A stretch of 64,000 nucleotides of DNA from Thermoanaerobaculia bacterium (lineage in GTDB: Bacteria > Acidobacteriota > Thermoanaerobaculia > Multivoradales > Multivoraceae), in NCBI GenBank assembly GCA_963666565.1, contig OY762911.1, positions 1,312,001-1,376,000 on the forward strand, written 5' to 3'. The first letter of the stretch is position 1. Every line of letters begins with the position of its first letter. Positions 1 through 9,831 of this stretch are shown in pieces. The notes beneath the pieces were generated by a model that saw only the letters and a program-made list of their open reading frames with translations, was not told where the DNA came from and searched no databases. The position numbers and the translations under genes are program-made.

Positions 1-679
1 CGTCGCTCGACACTTCGTCACTGCGCAGCAACTCGGAGTAGGCCTCCGCCTCGGGAAGATCGTCCAGCGCATCTTCGCAGCGTGGCCCCGTGAATGAGCC
101 CGTCGCAGCGCAGAGCACTTGGGGTCTGGGGTAGTCGGGCAGGGGCATGTCGCTCCGGGCGCCGATCAGGAACAGCCGCTCCCGGTTCTGCGGGACATCG
201 AAGTGGGCCGCATTGAGAACCTGCCAAGGCGTCCGAACGCGATAGCCCCGGCCGTTCAGAGCATCGACGAGCTCCTCGAGGAACTGGCGGTGCCTGCCGA
301 TGGTCAGTCCCTTGACGTTCTCGAAGACGAAGAACCTGGTGTCGAGCTCGGCCACCAGCCGAACGAACTCGCTTACCAAGGCGTTACGCGGGTCGTCGAG
401 CGCCCGCTGCCCGATGAGGGAAAAGCCCTGGCACGGCGCACCGCCGAACACGACGTCGACCGGACGCGAATCTGCGTTCGCCAGCCGGCGCAGTTCGTCC
501 CCGGTCAAGCCAACAACCGAGCGTGGAAGGGTCGTGGAATAGGGAAAGTTGAATTTGTGCGCAGCGGCATGAACAGGGTCGACCTCGACCGTCGCGGCAA
601 TGTCGAAACCGGCTTGTTCGAAACCCAAGCTAAGGCCGCCTACACCGCCGAACAGGTCGATGCCGACGGGTCTGGTCAC
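1..679 (-). CDS. dcm: C5 DNA cytosine methyltransferase (3' end runs off window)
   Basis: Manual minus-strand translation from GTG 679: motif I IDLFGGVGG, catalytic GAPCQGFS, motif VI FVFENVKG, motif VIII VPQNRERLF. Absent from the ORF track because it is truncated. Confidence 0.93.
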   Translation of the reverse strand, partial: MTRPVGIDLFGGVGGLSLGFEQAGFDIAATVEVDPVHAAAHKFNFPYSTTLPRSVVGLTGDELRRLANADSRPVDVVFGGAPCQGFSLIGQRALDDPRNALVSEFVRLVAELDTRFFVFENVKGLTIGRHRQFLEELVDALNGRGYRVRTPWQVLNAAHFDVPQNRERLFLIGARSDMPLPDYPRPQVLCAATGSFTGPRCEDALDDLPEAEAYSELLRSDEVSSD

Positions 680-754
680 GCCTCGGATCCCGTCCTACTG
701 CGCATGGGCAGGAGAGCCCTGCCGGCGCCCGTGCGGCACGAGCGGAGCGCGGCC

Positions 755-1165
755 TCAGTCGGCCTCGGGGAATCGCACGATCTTGTCGATTGCCGTTGGC
801 TTGTCGCGCAATTCACATTGCCAAACGACGAGGACGGCCCAGCCGTCGGCCTGGAGATCCCTGACGTTCCTCTCATCGCGCTTCCGATTGGCCTCGATCT
901 TGGGTTGCCAGTACTCGATCCGCGACTTGGGAAGATTGCCCCAACGGCAGGAGTGACCATGCCAGAAACAGCCGTGAACGAAGAGGATCTTCCGCCGACT
1001 CGGGAAGACGATGTCCGGCGATCCCGGAAGGTCGCGCCGGTGCAGGCTGTACCTGAAGCCGCGACGGTGCAACGCGCGCCGCACGGCCATTTCGGGACCC
1101 GTGTTGGCGGTGCTGACGCTCCGCATGATCCGGCTCCGACGCTGCGCCGTGACGTGGTCCACCAT
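755..1165 (-). CDS. vsr: Very short patch repair endonuclease
   Basis: MVDHVT..RSRIM..NTGPE, LPGSPDIVF, FVHGCFWHGH; directly upstream of dcm. Confidence 0.95.
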   Translation of the reverse strand: MVDHVTAQRRSRIMRSVSTANTGPEMAVRRALHRRGFRYSLHRRDLPGSPDIVFPSRRKILFVHGCFWHGHSCRWGNLPKSRIEYWQPKIEANRKRDERNVRDLQADGWAVLVVWQCELRDKPTAIDKIVRFPEAD

Positions 1166-1600
1166 GGTCAGGGCGCGGGTACCCGCAAGGCGAGGATGCC
1201 GGGCGGTTGTGCCAGCCCCGACGTGCACGCTGCGGCACAGTCGGCGGCAAGGGCCGGAGGACATCTCGGAGCGGCGAACGGAGGTCGAGCATCGGATGGA
1301 GTGTAACCCGCCATCGGGGCCGTCTGCGACCGGTTGAGCCCTGGTTTCCGCAGCTTGCCGGTAGCGTCCGAGCGGGACGGTCCGCCGGTCGAGTGGGCTC
1401 GCGGCTCCGACTGCCGCTCCCGGCTGAACAGGCAGGCGAACAGAGCGAGAAGGTCGGCTCGTTCCCGACCGACGTCTACGACAACTGGCATGAGTGAGTG
1501 AAGGCAGTCTATCGTCGCGTCTCCGAGGGCCGACTGCGGCTTCAGGAGAGCGTCCTGAGGACGCGCTGCCCTCGGAGGAGCTGGTATTGGAGAATCGCCC

Positions 1601-2824
1601 ATGATCGACCGAATCGCCGTCACAGGCTTCAAGAACCTACGGGACGTAACCGTCGACCTCGGCCGACTGAACCTGTTCGTCGGCGCGAATGCCAGCGGCA
1701 AGTCGAACTTCTTCGAGGCGCTCCGCGTGCTGCAGGGGATCGGCAGCGGTCTGGCGGTGGGCGAGATCCTGGACGGCCAACCGGATACCGCGGCCGGGGA
1801 AAGGTGGCAGGGTGTCCGAGGCGGGAGTGCGAAGGCGTGTTTCGAGGGGCCTGAGCGATCGGAGACGTTCTCCATAGCGGCCGCCGGCAAGCTGAGTGCA
1901 GGAGAGGCGACGAGGCGATGGGAGTATTCGGTGAGTCTCTCGCCTCGGCTCGGGCGCGTGACCGGGGAGAGTCTGCGGTTCGGAGGCCATGACGTCTTTG
2001 CCGCTGTGCGCGGTGCCGACGCCGGAGTCGGGAATGGCACTGTCGAGGTCGAGTACCGGCGAGGAGGACGGCTTCCGCCCCTGCCCCTGTCGTTCGACCG
2101 TTCCCGGCCGGTTCTGTCGCAGTTCAAGGCCTCGGATCGCGTCGAGTCGCGGCATCGCAGGTACGCCGCGGGCGTGGCGGACGCGTTGGCCGACGTGCAG
2201 CGTGTCGCTCCGGCGCCGGCAGTGCTGAGGGGTTACTCGCAGACGCGCCAGGCGGACCGCTTGGGCGAACAGGGCGAGAACTTTGCCGCCCTGGTCAGGG
2301 CGATCTGCGCCGACCCCGAAGGGGAAGCCGCGTACCTCGACTGGCTTCGCCAGTTGCTGCCGGCGAAGGTGGACGGAGTGGGGACCTTGTCGGGTGCCAT
2401 GGGCGAGCCGCTCTTCATGCTGCGTGAGCGGGGCAGGGGGTTCCCTGCACCGGTGTTGAGCGACGGGACGCTCCGGTTCGCCGCGATCGCCGCGGCCTTC
2501 TTTCAGCCCGACATGCCTCGGATCATGACGATCGAGGAGATCGAACGCGGCGTACACCCGAGTCGGACCCGTCTGATCCTGGAGCTTCTCCAGACCAATG
2601 CCGCGACTGGCTCGACGCAGATTCTGGCGACGACTCACTCGCCGGCAGTTCTGGCGTGGCTGGAACTGTCGGAGTACGCGTCGACGTACGTCTGCCGGCG
2701 CGATGCGGCTACGGGTGAAGCGACGATCAGGCGGCTCGGCGACCTTCCTGGCTTCGGGAGGGCTGCCGAGACCGGCTCGCTTCCCGAGATGTTCGCGGAA
2801 GGCTGGCTGGAGGCGGCCCCGTGA
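1601..2824 (+). CDS. AAA_21/ABC-type predicted ATPase (defence-associated family)
   Basis: Walker A GANASGKS, signature LSDGTLRF, Walker B IEEIERGVHP, H-loop TTHSP. Confidence 0.88.
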   Translation: MIDRIAVTGFKNLRDVTVDLGRLNLFVGANASGKSNFFEALRVLQGIGSGLAVGEILDGQPDTAAGERWQGVRGGSAKACFEGPERSETFSIAAAGKLSAGEATRRWEYSVSLSPRLGRVTGESLRFGGHDVFAAVRGADAGVGNGTVEVEYRRGGRLPPLPLSFDRSRPVLSQFKASDRVESRHRRYAAGVADALADVQRVAPAPAVLRGYSQTRQADRLGEQGENFAALVRAICADPEGEAAYLDWLRQLLPAKVDGVGTLSGAMGEPLFMLRERGRGFPAPVLSDGTLRFAAIAAAFFQPDMPRIMTIEEIERGVHPSRTRLILELLQTNAATGSTQILATTHSPAVLAWLELSEYASTYVCRRDAATGEATIRRLGDLPGFGRAAETGSLPEMFAEGWLEAAP

Positions 2825-2924
2825 GTGGGCCGAATCCGGTCGTTCCTAAGGAACCCTCGGTCGCCGGTCCGCCGTAGTGGCGGCTACCAGGATGAGCTAC
2901 GGGCTGCTCGACGACTGACGGCGC

Positions 2925-3893
2925 TTACCCGTCGACCGGCTCGAACCGTGCTCTTTGGCCTTCGATCTCTACTCTCGCCTCCGGCAGTGCCTCGACGGCG
3001 CGCCGTGCCAGCAGGGCGAGACCGATGGCGGTGTCGTCGCGGGAAGACCGAGACACGCTGGTGACCGTCCCGGCGGTTCGGCCGTCGTACTGGATCTCGG
3101 TGCCGGCGTCCGGCGTGTGCCCGGGCTCGAAGACGATCCGGCACATCCGCCGGGCCGGCTGGCCGCGGTAGTGGAGCCGGGCGACGATCTCCTGGCCCAG
3201 GTAGCAGCCCTTCTCGTAGTCGACGGCGTCCGGGATGCCGGTCTCCTGGGGCAGGTTCGAGTCGTCGTAGTCGACGCCCCAGAGCGGGTGGCCGTGCTCG
3301 ATGCGGAGCGCTTCGGTGGCTTCGGCGCCGACACTCGGGATGCTGGCGTCAGCAAGGTCTTCGGCCAGCAGCGGAGCGATGGCGGAGGACTGCCAGAGGG
3401 AGAAGGCAGGCACGGCGCTGTGGCCTTCGCGGACCAGGCGGGCCTGGTAGTCGAGGAGCTCGACCTGGGCGTGGGACCAGGGTTCGGCCAGCTCGCCGGC
3501 CGCGCCGGCGCCCAGGTCGGCGAGAACACCGACGGCCCTGGGGCCGGCGACGCGTACAGCGGCCATGTCGCCGAGCGGCAGGACCTCAACCCGGTCGGTG
3601 ACGACGTACTTCTCCAGGTGCTCGATGATCGTCCGGCCGCGGCCCTTCGGAATCTCCAGCCACAGGCGGTCTTCGAGCGCCAGCACGGCGGCACTGGCGA
3701 GGATCCGGCCGCGGACGTCGGTGATGAAGCCGAAGCGGCCGTTTCCGGCGGCCAGGCCTTCGACCGCCGCAGTCACCATGCCGCCGAAGAACCGTTCGCG
3801 GTCGGGACCCATGAGTTCCAGCCGGGAGGCCGGAGTTGGCTCGCAGAGGGCCGCTTCGGCGGTAAGCAGCCGGATGTCGCGTTCGAAGCTCAT
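2925..3893 (-). CDS. ygfZ: Folate-binding YgfZ/GcvT-like protein
   Basis: KGCYLGQE signature; start trimmed to MSFERD. Confidence 0.9.
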   Translation of the reverse strand: MSFERDIRLLTAEAALCEPTPASRLELMGPDRERFFGGMVTAAVEGLAAGNGRFGFITDVRGRILASAAVLALEDRLWLEIPKGRGRTIIEHLEKYVVTDRVEVLPLGDMAAVRVAGPRAVGVLADLGAGAAGELAEPWSHAQVELLDYQARLVREGHSAVPAFSLWQSSAIAPLLAEDLADASIPSVGAEATEALRIEHGHPLWGVDYDDSNLPQETGIPDAVDYEKGCYLGQEIVARLHYRGQPARRMCRIVFEPGHTPDAGTEIQYDGRTAGTVTSVSRSSRDDTAIGLALLARRAVEALPEARVEIEGQRARFEPVDG

Positions 3894-3989
3894 GGCTGCC
3901 CGCCGGCCGCCACGTTCATGGCGTGCGGCCGGTTGGACCGCGGCTCGGGGCGGCACTCGAAGCTCATGGGCGCCCGGCGGTCGGCACGT

Positions 3990-4742
3990 TCACGGTGCGC
4001 GGTCGGTTGGAACACGGCTCGCGGCGGCGTTCGAAGTTCGTGGCGTCCGCCGCGGGCGGCCGTGGCCGTCGAGGAGGATCTCCCGCACCGAGGCGTGGCG
4101 GAGGTCGGGCACGACCCAGCGAGCGCCGGCTTCCTCCAGTCGGTGGCCGGGGGTGAAGCCGGTGGCCACGGCCAGCACCGGCACGTCGTGAGCGTCGCCG
4201 CAAGCGACGTCGCGGACCGTGTCGCCGATGATGACGGCGTCCGCCGGCGCCGGTGAAGCGCCGAGACGCCGAGCGGCTCGTTCGACAGCCACCGGCACCA
4301 GTTCGTTGCGCCGGACTCCGTCCTCGCCGAACGCGCCGAAGTCGAAGAAGCGGTTGAGGCCGAACGGTTCGAGCTTGGCCCGGGCCCCGATCTCCCAGTT
4401 TCCGGTGAGCAGGGCCACGCAGGTGTCTTCCGCGCCGGCCAGCTCCTCGAGCAGCTCGACGACGCCGGGCAGAAGCCGCATCCGGTCCGGGTCGAGCCGC
4501 TCGAGCAGGTCGCCATAGTGCGAGCGCACCTCGCCGAGGCGGCCTTCGACCTCGGCGCGCGGGAGTCCGGCCTCGGTCATCAGGTCGATTACCGCCTCCG
4601 TATCGGTCCTGCCGCCGAAGTCGTAGGCGCGGACGTTGCCCGTCTGGCCGAAGGTGCGCTTGAGGGCGCCCATGAAGATGGGACCGATCTGGGGGCCGCA
4701 CCGAACGAGGGTGCCGTCGATGTCGAAGAGCAGGAGTCGCAT
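3990..4742 (-). CDS. HAD-superfamily phosphatase
   Basis: LFDIDGTL motif I, LLTGN motif II, IIGDT..D motif IV. Confidence 0.9.
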   Translation of the reverse strand: MRLLLFDIDGTLVRCGPQIGPIFMGALKRTFGQTGNVRAYDFGGRTDTEAVIDLMTEAGLPRAEVEGRLGEVRSHYGDLLERLDPDRMRLLPGVVELLEELAGAEDTCVALLTGNWEIGARAKLEPFGLNRFFDFGAFGEDGVRRNELVPVAVERAARRLGASPAPADAVIIGDTVRDVACGDAHDVPVLAVATGFTPGHRLEEAGARWVVPDLRHASVREILLDGHGRPRRTPRTSNAAASRVPTDRAP

Positions 4743-4802
4743 CGCTTGATCGGTGTCGCAGAGTGAGCGGTGAGACTATCCGCCCTGCTAGCCTTCCGCG
4801 TC

Positions 4803-5492
4803 TTGATCGTACGGGTGCTGAGCTTCGCCACCGCGCTGGACGCTGTAGGCAGCGCCGAGACGGAACACGACCTCCCGGACGGCAGTACGGTCGCCGATCT
4901 GGTGGAGCGCCTGACGGCGGCGTACCCCGGTCTGGAAGCCCTCTGGCCCCGTCTGGCCGTGGCCGTCGACGGGGAAGTCGCCGGCGATCGGACGGCGCCC
5001 CTTCACGACGGCGCCGAAGTGGCTCTCCTGCCCCCGGTTTCCGGCGGCTCATGCGGCGCCGGCGCCGGCCGGCTGCGGGACGGTCCCGTCGACGCGGACA
5101 CGGTGTCCTCCGTACGCGCCGGCGTGGAGGACGCCGGCAAGGGAGCGGTCGTCGTCTTCGTCGGCAACGTCCGCAACTCCTTCGGCGGCCGCCCCGTGGA
5201 GCGGATTACTTACTCGGCGTATCCGGCGATGGCGGAGAAGCGCCTCGAACGGATCGTGAATGAGCTTGAGGCCGCGCAGCCGGGTACCCGCGTCGAGATC
5301 GCGCACGGTCTTGGCACCTTGGAGGTGGGCGACGCCAGCGTCGCGATCGCCACCGCGTCGGCGCATCGTCAGCAGGCCTACGAGGTGAGTCGTCTCGCTC
5401 TCGAACGCCTCAAGGCCGAGGTGCCGATCTGGAAGCGCGAGCACTACGCCGACGGCAAGTCGGCATGGCGGGAAGAGGAACCGCTGGAGTAG
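4803..5492 (+). CDS. MoaD-MoaE fusion (molybdopterin synthase, MoaX-like)
   Basis: Ubiquitin-like domain ending LLPPVSGG, followed by a MoaE domain (GAVVVFVGNVR, LKAEVPIWKRE); TTG start. Confidence 0.88.
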   Translation: MIVRVLSFATALDAVGSAETEHDLPDGSTVADLVERLTAAYPGLEALWPRLAVAVDGEVAGDRTAPLHDGAEVALLPPVSGGSCGAGAGRLRDGPVDADTVSSVRAGVEDAGKGAVVVFVGNVRNSFGGRPVERITYSAYPAMAEKRLERIVNELEAAQPGTRVEIAHGLGTLEVGDASVAIATASAHRQQAYEVSRLALERLKAEVPIWKREHYADGKSAWREEEPLE

Positions 5493-5643
5493 AAGCCTCT
5501 CCGGCGTACTCCGAAGTGCCGCCTCCCTGACGGCCGGCGCGTCTCGAAGCGAGGAGGCCGGAGCACGCAGCCTGGACCGTCGAAGTCCTGAAGTGTTCTT
5601 CTGGAGCGCCGCAGTCGGTGCGGCCCGTCGCCGGTGCCTTCCC

Positions 5644-5679
5644 TTGAAGAATGTCAGAAAGATGGCTAGAGTTCCGACA
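5644..5679 (+). promoter_or_regulatory. sigma70-like promoter overlapped by inverted-repeat operator
   Basis: TTGAAG-N17-TAGAGT (5644-5672); inverted repeat TGTCAGAA (5652-5659) / TTCCGACA (5672-5679). Confidence 0.6.
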
Positions 5680-5695
5680 GTCGAGAGGTGTCGCC

Positions 5696-6289
5696 ATGGA
5701 ACGACTGAGCCAAACGGTACTGCAGTACGCGGAAGAACAGCCGGAAGGCGCCCCGGTGCTGGCGAAGGGGCTGTTGCATCTTGGCACTCGGGCGGCGGTC
5801 GACCAGGTCCTGTCGCGTCTTGTGCGGCGCGGCGCGCTGCTGCGGGTGGGGCGGGGCGTGTACGTCCTGCCGGTAGAGAGCCGTTTCGGCCGCCGCGCAC
5901 CGTCGGTCGAGAAGACAGTCATGGCGCTCGCGGCCGCGCGCGGTGAGCGGATTGCGAACAGCGGCGCGATGGCGGCCAACGTGCTCGGCCTGACTGAACA
6001 GGTGCCCGTCAGGCGCGTCTTTCTGACGTCTGGACCGAGCCGGACCTTGACGCTCGGCCGCGAGCGGATCGAGTTGCGCCATGCGCCTCCGTGGCAACTG
6101 GCGCTGGCCGGCCGGCGCGCCGGCGAGGCGATCAGGGCGCTCGCCTGGCTCGGGCGTGACCGGGCGGTTGAAGCGACGGGGCTGGTGCGGGAACGGTTGA
6201 GCGAGGATGAGCGCCGGGAACTCGGCAGCGTGAGCGCACGGATGCCGGGATGGCTGGCCGGTCCGGTGAACGCGGTGGCCTATGGCTGA
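5696..6289 (+). CDS. DUF6088 / AbiEi-like type IV TA antitoxin
   Basis: N-terminal wHTH RAAVDQVLSRL...RVGRGVY; AANVLGLTEQVP...FLTSGPSR. Confidence 0.85.
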   Translation: MERLSQTVLQYAEEQPEGAPVLAKGLLHLGTRAAVDQVLSRLVRRGALLRVGRGVYVLPVESRFGRRAPSVEKTVMALAAARGERIANSGAMAANVLGLTEQVPVRRVFLTSGPSRTLTLGRERIELRHAPPWQLALAGRRAGEAIRALAWLGRDRAVEATGLVRERLSEDERRELGSVSARMPGWLAGPVNAVAYG

Positions 6290-6385
6290 GCGGCTCGGTC
6301 TCGCTGGAGGCGCGCTGTCGGCCCTGGCCGACGACTGCGCGGGATAGTGGAGGGTCGGTGGCTACTCGACGAAGCCGTGTGCCGA
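6282..6385 (+). pseudogene. Collapsed remnant of AbiEii-like toxin
   Basis: Overlapping ATG (MAE..), then ALSALADDCAG / IVEGRWLLDEA across a frameshift; resembles the C-terminus of DUF6088-partner toxins as recalled. Confidence 0.45.
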
Positions 6386-6399
6386 ACGAAGTATGAACC

Positions 6400-9054
6400 T
6401 CAGTTCGTGAAACGTTCAACGAACCGTGCACAGTGTAGGTTCCCTGGCTCTCTCTCCAGCCCGATGCGGGCGACGTCAATACCTCGCTCGGGATGACCCG
6501 CGTTGACGTAGAGCCAAGCCAACCGAGAACAATCAGTGCCGCTCATCTCGTTCCGTCTCGCCTCTAGCGCTTCGATCACCTCAGACAGGATCGTCTCTCG
6601 ATCCAGACGCCATGCGTGATCGGTCCGGACGGTGGGGGACTGGTAGATCAGGTGGTTGATTCGATTCGCGAGTCTGCTGACGTCGACCAACTTCCTACCA
6701 GGAGAAACAGCCGCCTCACTGAGGGCCTGCACTTCGCCAACTCCGTCCCCGTCCTGACCTCGCAGGTCCGCCATCCTCTCCCAGGCCGGGCCTACGTTCT
6801 GTCCGTCCGCCTCCTGAATGTACCGCCGCAGATAGAACCGGGCACGCTTACGGGTCTCGGCGGTGTCCCTGCCGTCGGTGACCAGCTCGGCAAGCCGGAG
6901 ATAGACAAACGGGAACCTGTCAGCCAGATACTCAAGTACGGCCAGGTCCTCGGCCTCTACGAAGTCGTTTCCGTCGGAGGCCCGTCTCGCAACGCGGCGA
7001 ACCAAGTTGTCGATTCGCCGCCCGACGCCGTGTGACGGGCGGCCACTATCGGCCCCAAAGTCCATCAGCAGTTTCCGGTCTTCACGTACAGCGGCCTTCA
7101 GGGGGCTGGTCTTGAGTTCTCTCTTGCCGAAGAGGGAAGCGGCCAACGGGACGCTGACGAAGGCCGCGTGCGCCTCCCCGTCCTCGGAACGTTCCGCCAA
7201 CGAGTAGCCCACCACCTCCTGCAGGACCCCGTCTACATCCACGTCATCCTCGGGTCTACGGCGCATGACCGCCTCGACTGCAACCTCGGGTACCTCCACT
7301 CGCCAGCTGCTCAGGAGTAGAAACACGCGCTGGGAGGCAGCGCTCAGAGCGTCGAAGGTCCGTCGGAACAGAGCCTCAAGAACATCCTCGGAGGCTGGTA
7401 GCAGGGTGCGAGGGGTGACCTTTCGTCCGGCTGCCCTCGCTTCCCCCAATGCAAGTCTGATGATGTACGGATGTCCTTCGGACTGTTCGATGAGGGCCGC
7501 CCGGTAGTTGGGCGACACTTCCTCGAGACCCAGGTACTTGGCCCTGCGGTCAATGAGCTGCCTTGCCTCCTCTCGCGCCATTCCCGTCACTTTGAGCGGA
7601 AAGTCGCCCCGGAAGTCCCTGGATCTCGTCGTGATGAGGACCTTGTTTGGAGCACGGACGTGGGCATCGATCCACTCGAACACTTCTGTGGGGTCTTGGA
7701 GAGTCTCGAAGTTGTCGATCACGAACAGCGTAGGAACACCATCTGCTCCCTCACGGAGGTTTTGCTCGAACCATTCCCTCGCCCCGAGGGACGACGCCTG
7801 ACGGTCCGGAGCGTCCAGGATCTCGGCGGCGGCCCTAGCCACATCCAGCAGCCCGAAGACCCCCGGCGAAACGGGCTTCGGTCCTGAGTCGAGAAGATCG
7901 ACGTCCCTCGCACTCAGCCAAAGGACGACATCGTAGGGCGGCGAGTCCAGATCGCTGAGCCCGCGGATCACTGTAAGGGCCAAGGCCGTCTTTCCGATCC
8001 CCCCGCGACCGTTTAGTGTGACTATCCGGTGGCGAAAGGGCTCGAGCAGCTCACGCTGCAGGTCGGCTTCGAGCCGATGACGCTTCACGTAGCCTGACGG
8101 TGGCGGAGGAGAGTTGGTCAGGAGCGATCCGACAACCTCGAGTCCCTTCTGCCCCTGGGTCTCGCTTGCTGGAAGCTCGTTGGGCGGGGCCACCCAACGG
8201 CTTCCGTCCATCTCCCGACTGTCGTTGGAGCTGTAGGACAGCACCTGGAAGCTGGCCGAGTTCTTCCACCTCCCGTTGGGGACGTAGACATCGCGGAGAT
8301 CGATATCGCTAAAGACGAGTGGCACTGGCAGGTGAAGCGGCGCAGCAGCTCTCGACTCAAGGTGAAGATAGACGCCGTCAGCGAGGCGGGAGTTCTCCAC
8401 TTTCCTCTTGAGATACTCGAAAGACCCTGTCTCGCCGAGTAGGGGCGTTACCCTGTACTTGCCCGACAGGTTCTGCCGGAGGAAAGCCCACGGCAACCGC
8501 AACACGCCTGTAGTCTCCTCCACAAGATCCAGAGCCTTCGCCATGGATGGGCAGGCATCCCCCGCTTGGTCTGATCGCGTTGCTCCGTGTCCTCGTGTAC
8601 TACGGTTCCGTACTTGAACAGCAATCTGAAAGAACCTCCGCAACGGCTCCTTGGCGCCAACCGTCACGTCGATGTCCAGGGCTGAGGCAGCTTCGGCCAA
8701 CAGCCCGACCGCCTCTCGCCTCCAATCGTCGCCGCTCACCCGCTTCGTAAGGTCGTTTCTCAAGTTCCGGGCACCAGTTCGGAAGCACTGAGCTGCCGGC
8801 CCAACCAGTGCCTCCTGCAGCACTGCCGACCACTCCCCCAGCGAATCCGCACGAACCAGTCTCCGTTCGAGGGAGTAGCGGCTGCGATCCCTATCGTCGT
8901 CCAGGCAAGCGACCACAGCCGCCGTTACGACCTTCGTGACGAACTCCATCTTCAGCAGCAACGCTTGAAGGTACGCGATATCGCCTTCTTCCCTGTCGCG
9001 CTCGATTCGAGCGTTGATCTCGCTGAAGAGCGACTTGCTGTGCTGAACCTTCAT
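6400..9054 (-). CDS. NB-ARC/STAND NTPase with unknown N-terminal domain and helical/TPR-like C-terminus
   Basis: Walker A GRGGIGKT, Walker B LFVIDNFE, KVLITTR, EGHP; visibly lower GC than flanks. Confidence 0.85.
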   Translation of the reverse strand: MKVQHSKSLFSEINARIERDREEGDIAYLQALLLKMEFVTKVVTAAVVACLDDDRDRSRYSLERRLVRADSLGEWSAVLQEALVGPAAQCFRTGARNLRNDLTKRVSGDDWRREAVGLLAEAASALDIDVTVGAKEPLRRFFQIAVQVRNRSTRGHGATRSDQAGDACPSMAKALDLVEETTGVLRLPWAFLRQNLSGKYRVTPLLGETGSFEYLKRKVENSRLADGVYLHLESRAAAPLHLPVPLVFSDIDLRDVYVPNGRWKNSASFQVLSYSSNDSREMDGSRWVAPPNELPASETQGQKGLEVVGSLLTNSPPPPSGYVKRHRLEADLQRELLEPFRHRIVTLNGRGGIGKTALALTVIRGLSDLDSPPYDVVLWLSARDVDLLDSGPKPVSPGVFGLLDVARAAAEILDAPDRQASSLGAREWFEQNLREGADGVPTLFVIDNFETLQDPTEVFEWIDAHVRAPNKVLITTRSRDFRGDFPLKVTGMAREEARQLIDRRAKYLGLEEVSPNYRAALIEQSEGHPYIIRLALGEARAAGRKVTPRTLLPASEDVLEALFRRTFDALSAASQRVFLLLSSWRVEVPEVAVEAVMRRRPEDDVDVDGVLQEVVGYSLAERSEDGEAHAAFVSVPLAASLFGKRELKTSPLKAAVREDRKLLMDFGADSGRPSHGVGRRIDNLVRRVARRASDGNDFVEAEDLAVLEYLADRFPFVYLRLAELVTDGRDTAETRKRARFYLRRYIQEADGQNVGPAWERMADLRGQDGDGVGEVQALSEAAVSPGRKLVDVSRLANRINHLIYQSPTVRTDHAWRLDRETILSEVIEALEARRNEMSGTDCSRLAWLYVNAGHPERGIDVARIGLEREPGNLHCARFVERFTN

Positions 9055-9324
9055 CCGGGATCTCGGGTGCCGCCGGGGGCGGGCAATGAATCGGGCGCGG
9101 GCTTCCACGTCCCTACAGCCGAGCGGCGTCCCTCTTTCGGGGGACAGCCGCTGGCTGTCGCTCGCCGGGAGCGCCCACATTCTTCGGCACTTCGCCGGAT
9201 TCGGAGCGAGAAGGACTTGGCGGCGACACCCCATCCTCCAATCGAGTGCGAACGGCCGCACGGGGCCCTTCTGCAGGGTCTCTGGGCGGACGGGTAGGAC
9301 CTCCGTTGCGGCACCACTACGCAG

Positions 9325-9714
9325 CTAAACCGCGAACGACGACCCGCAGCCGCAGGTGCCGACGGCCTTCGGGTTCGAGAACTTGAACCCGGTGCCGGCG
9401 ACGCCGAGCTGGTAGTCGATCGTCGTGCCCTTGAGGTAGCGGGCGCTGATCGGGTCGACGTAGACGCGCAGGCCCTCGTAGTCGAAGACCTCGTCCGTCT
9501 CGCGGCGGTCCGTCTCGAAGTCCAGCGCGTACTCGAAGCCGCTGCAGCCGCCGCCGCGGACGGCGACGCGCAGGCCGTGGTCGGGCGAGAGGCCCTCGTC
9601 CTCGCGGGTGAGCTTGATCATCCGCACCGCCTTCCGGGTCAGGTGCAGCGTATCGGTCGCCTGCTGGGGCGCGGGCGTCGGCGTCGGCGGGGTCGGGAAG
9701 TCGATCTCGGGCAT
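9325..9714 (-). CDS. IscA/HesB/ErpA Fe-S carrier
   Basis: GGGCSGFEY and CGCGSSF motifs. Confidence 0.93.
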   Translation of the reverse strand: MPEIDFPTPPTPTPAPQQATDTLHLTRKAVRMIKLTREDEGLSPDHGLRVAVRGGGCSGFEYALDFETDRRETDEVFDYEGLRVYVDPISARYLKGTTIDYQLGVAGTGFKFSNPKAVGTCGCGSSFAV

Positions 9715-9831
9715 CTTTCCGGGGCGCGCCGTCGGCGCGGCTCGAACTCCTGCGGCCGGCCGTCTCGAACCTGGGACGGCGGCCTCGGCGTCCGAGAGTA
9801 TCATCGAGCCGTGCCGACCGGGACCTTGGAG

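Noticed and set aside
119-1306. 395-aa + strand ORF
   Set aside because: Antisense shadow of dcm and vsr
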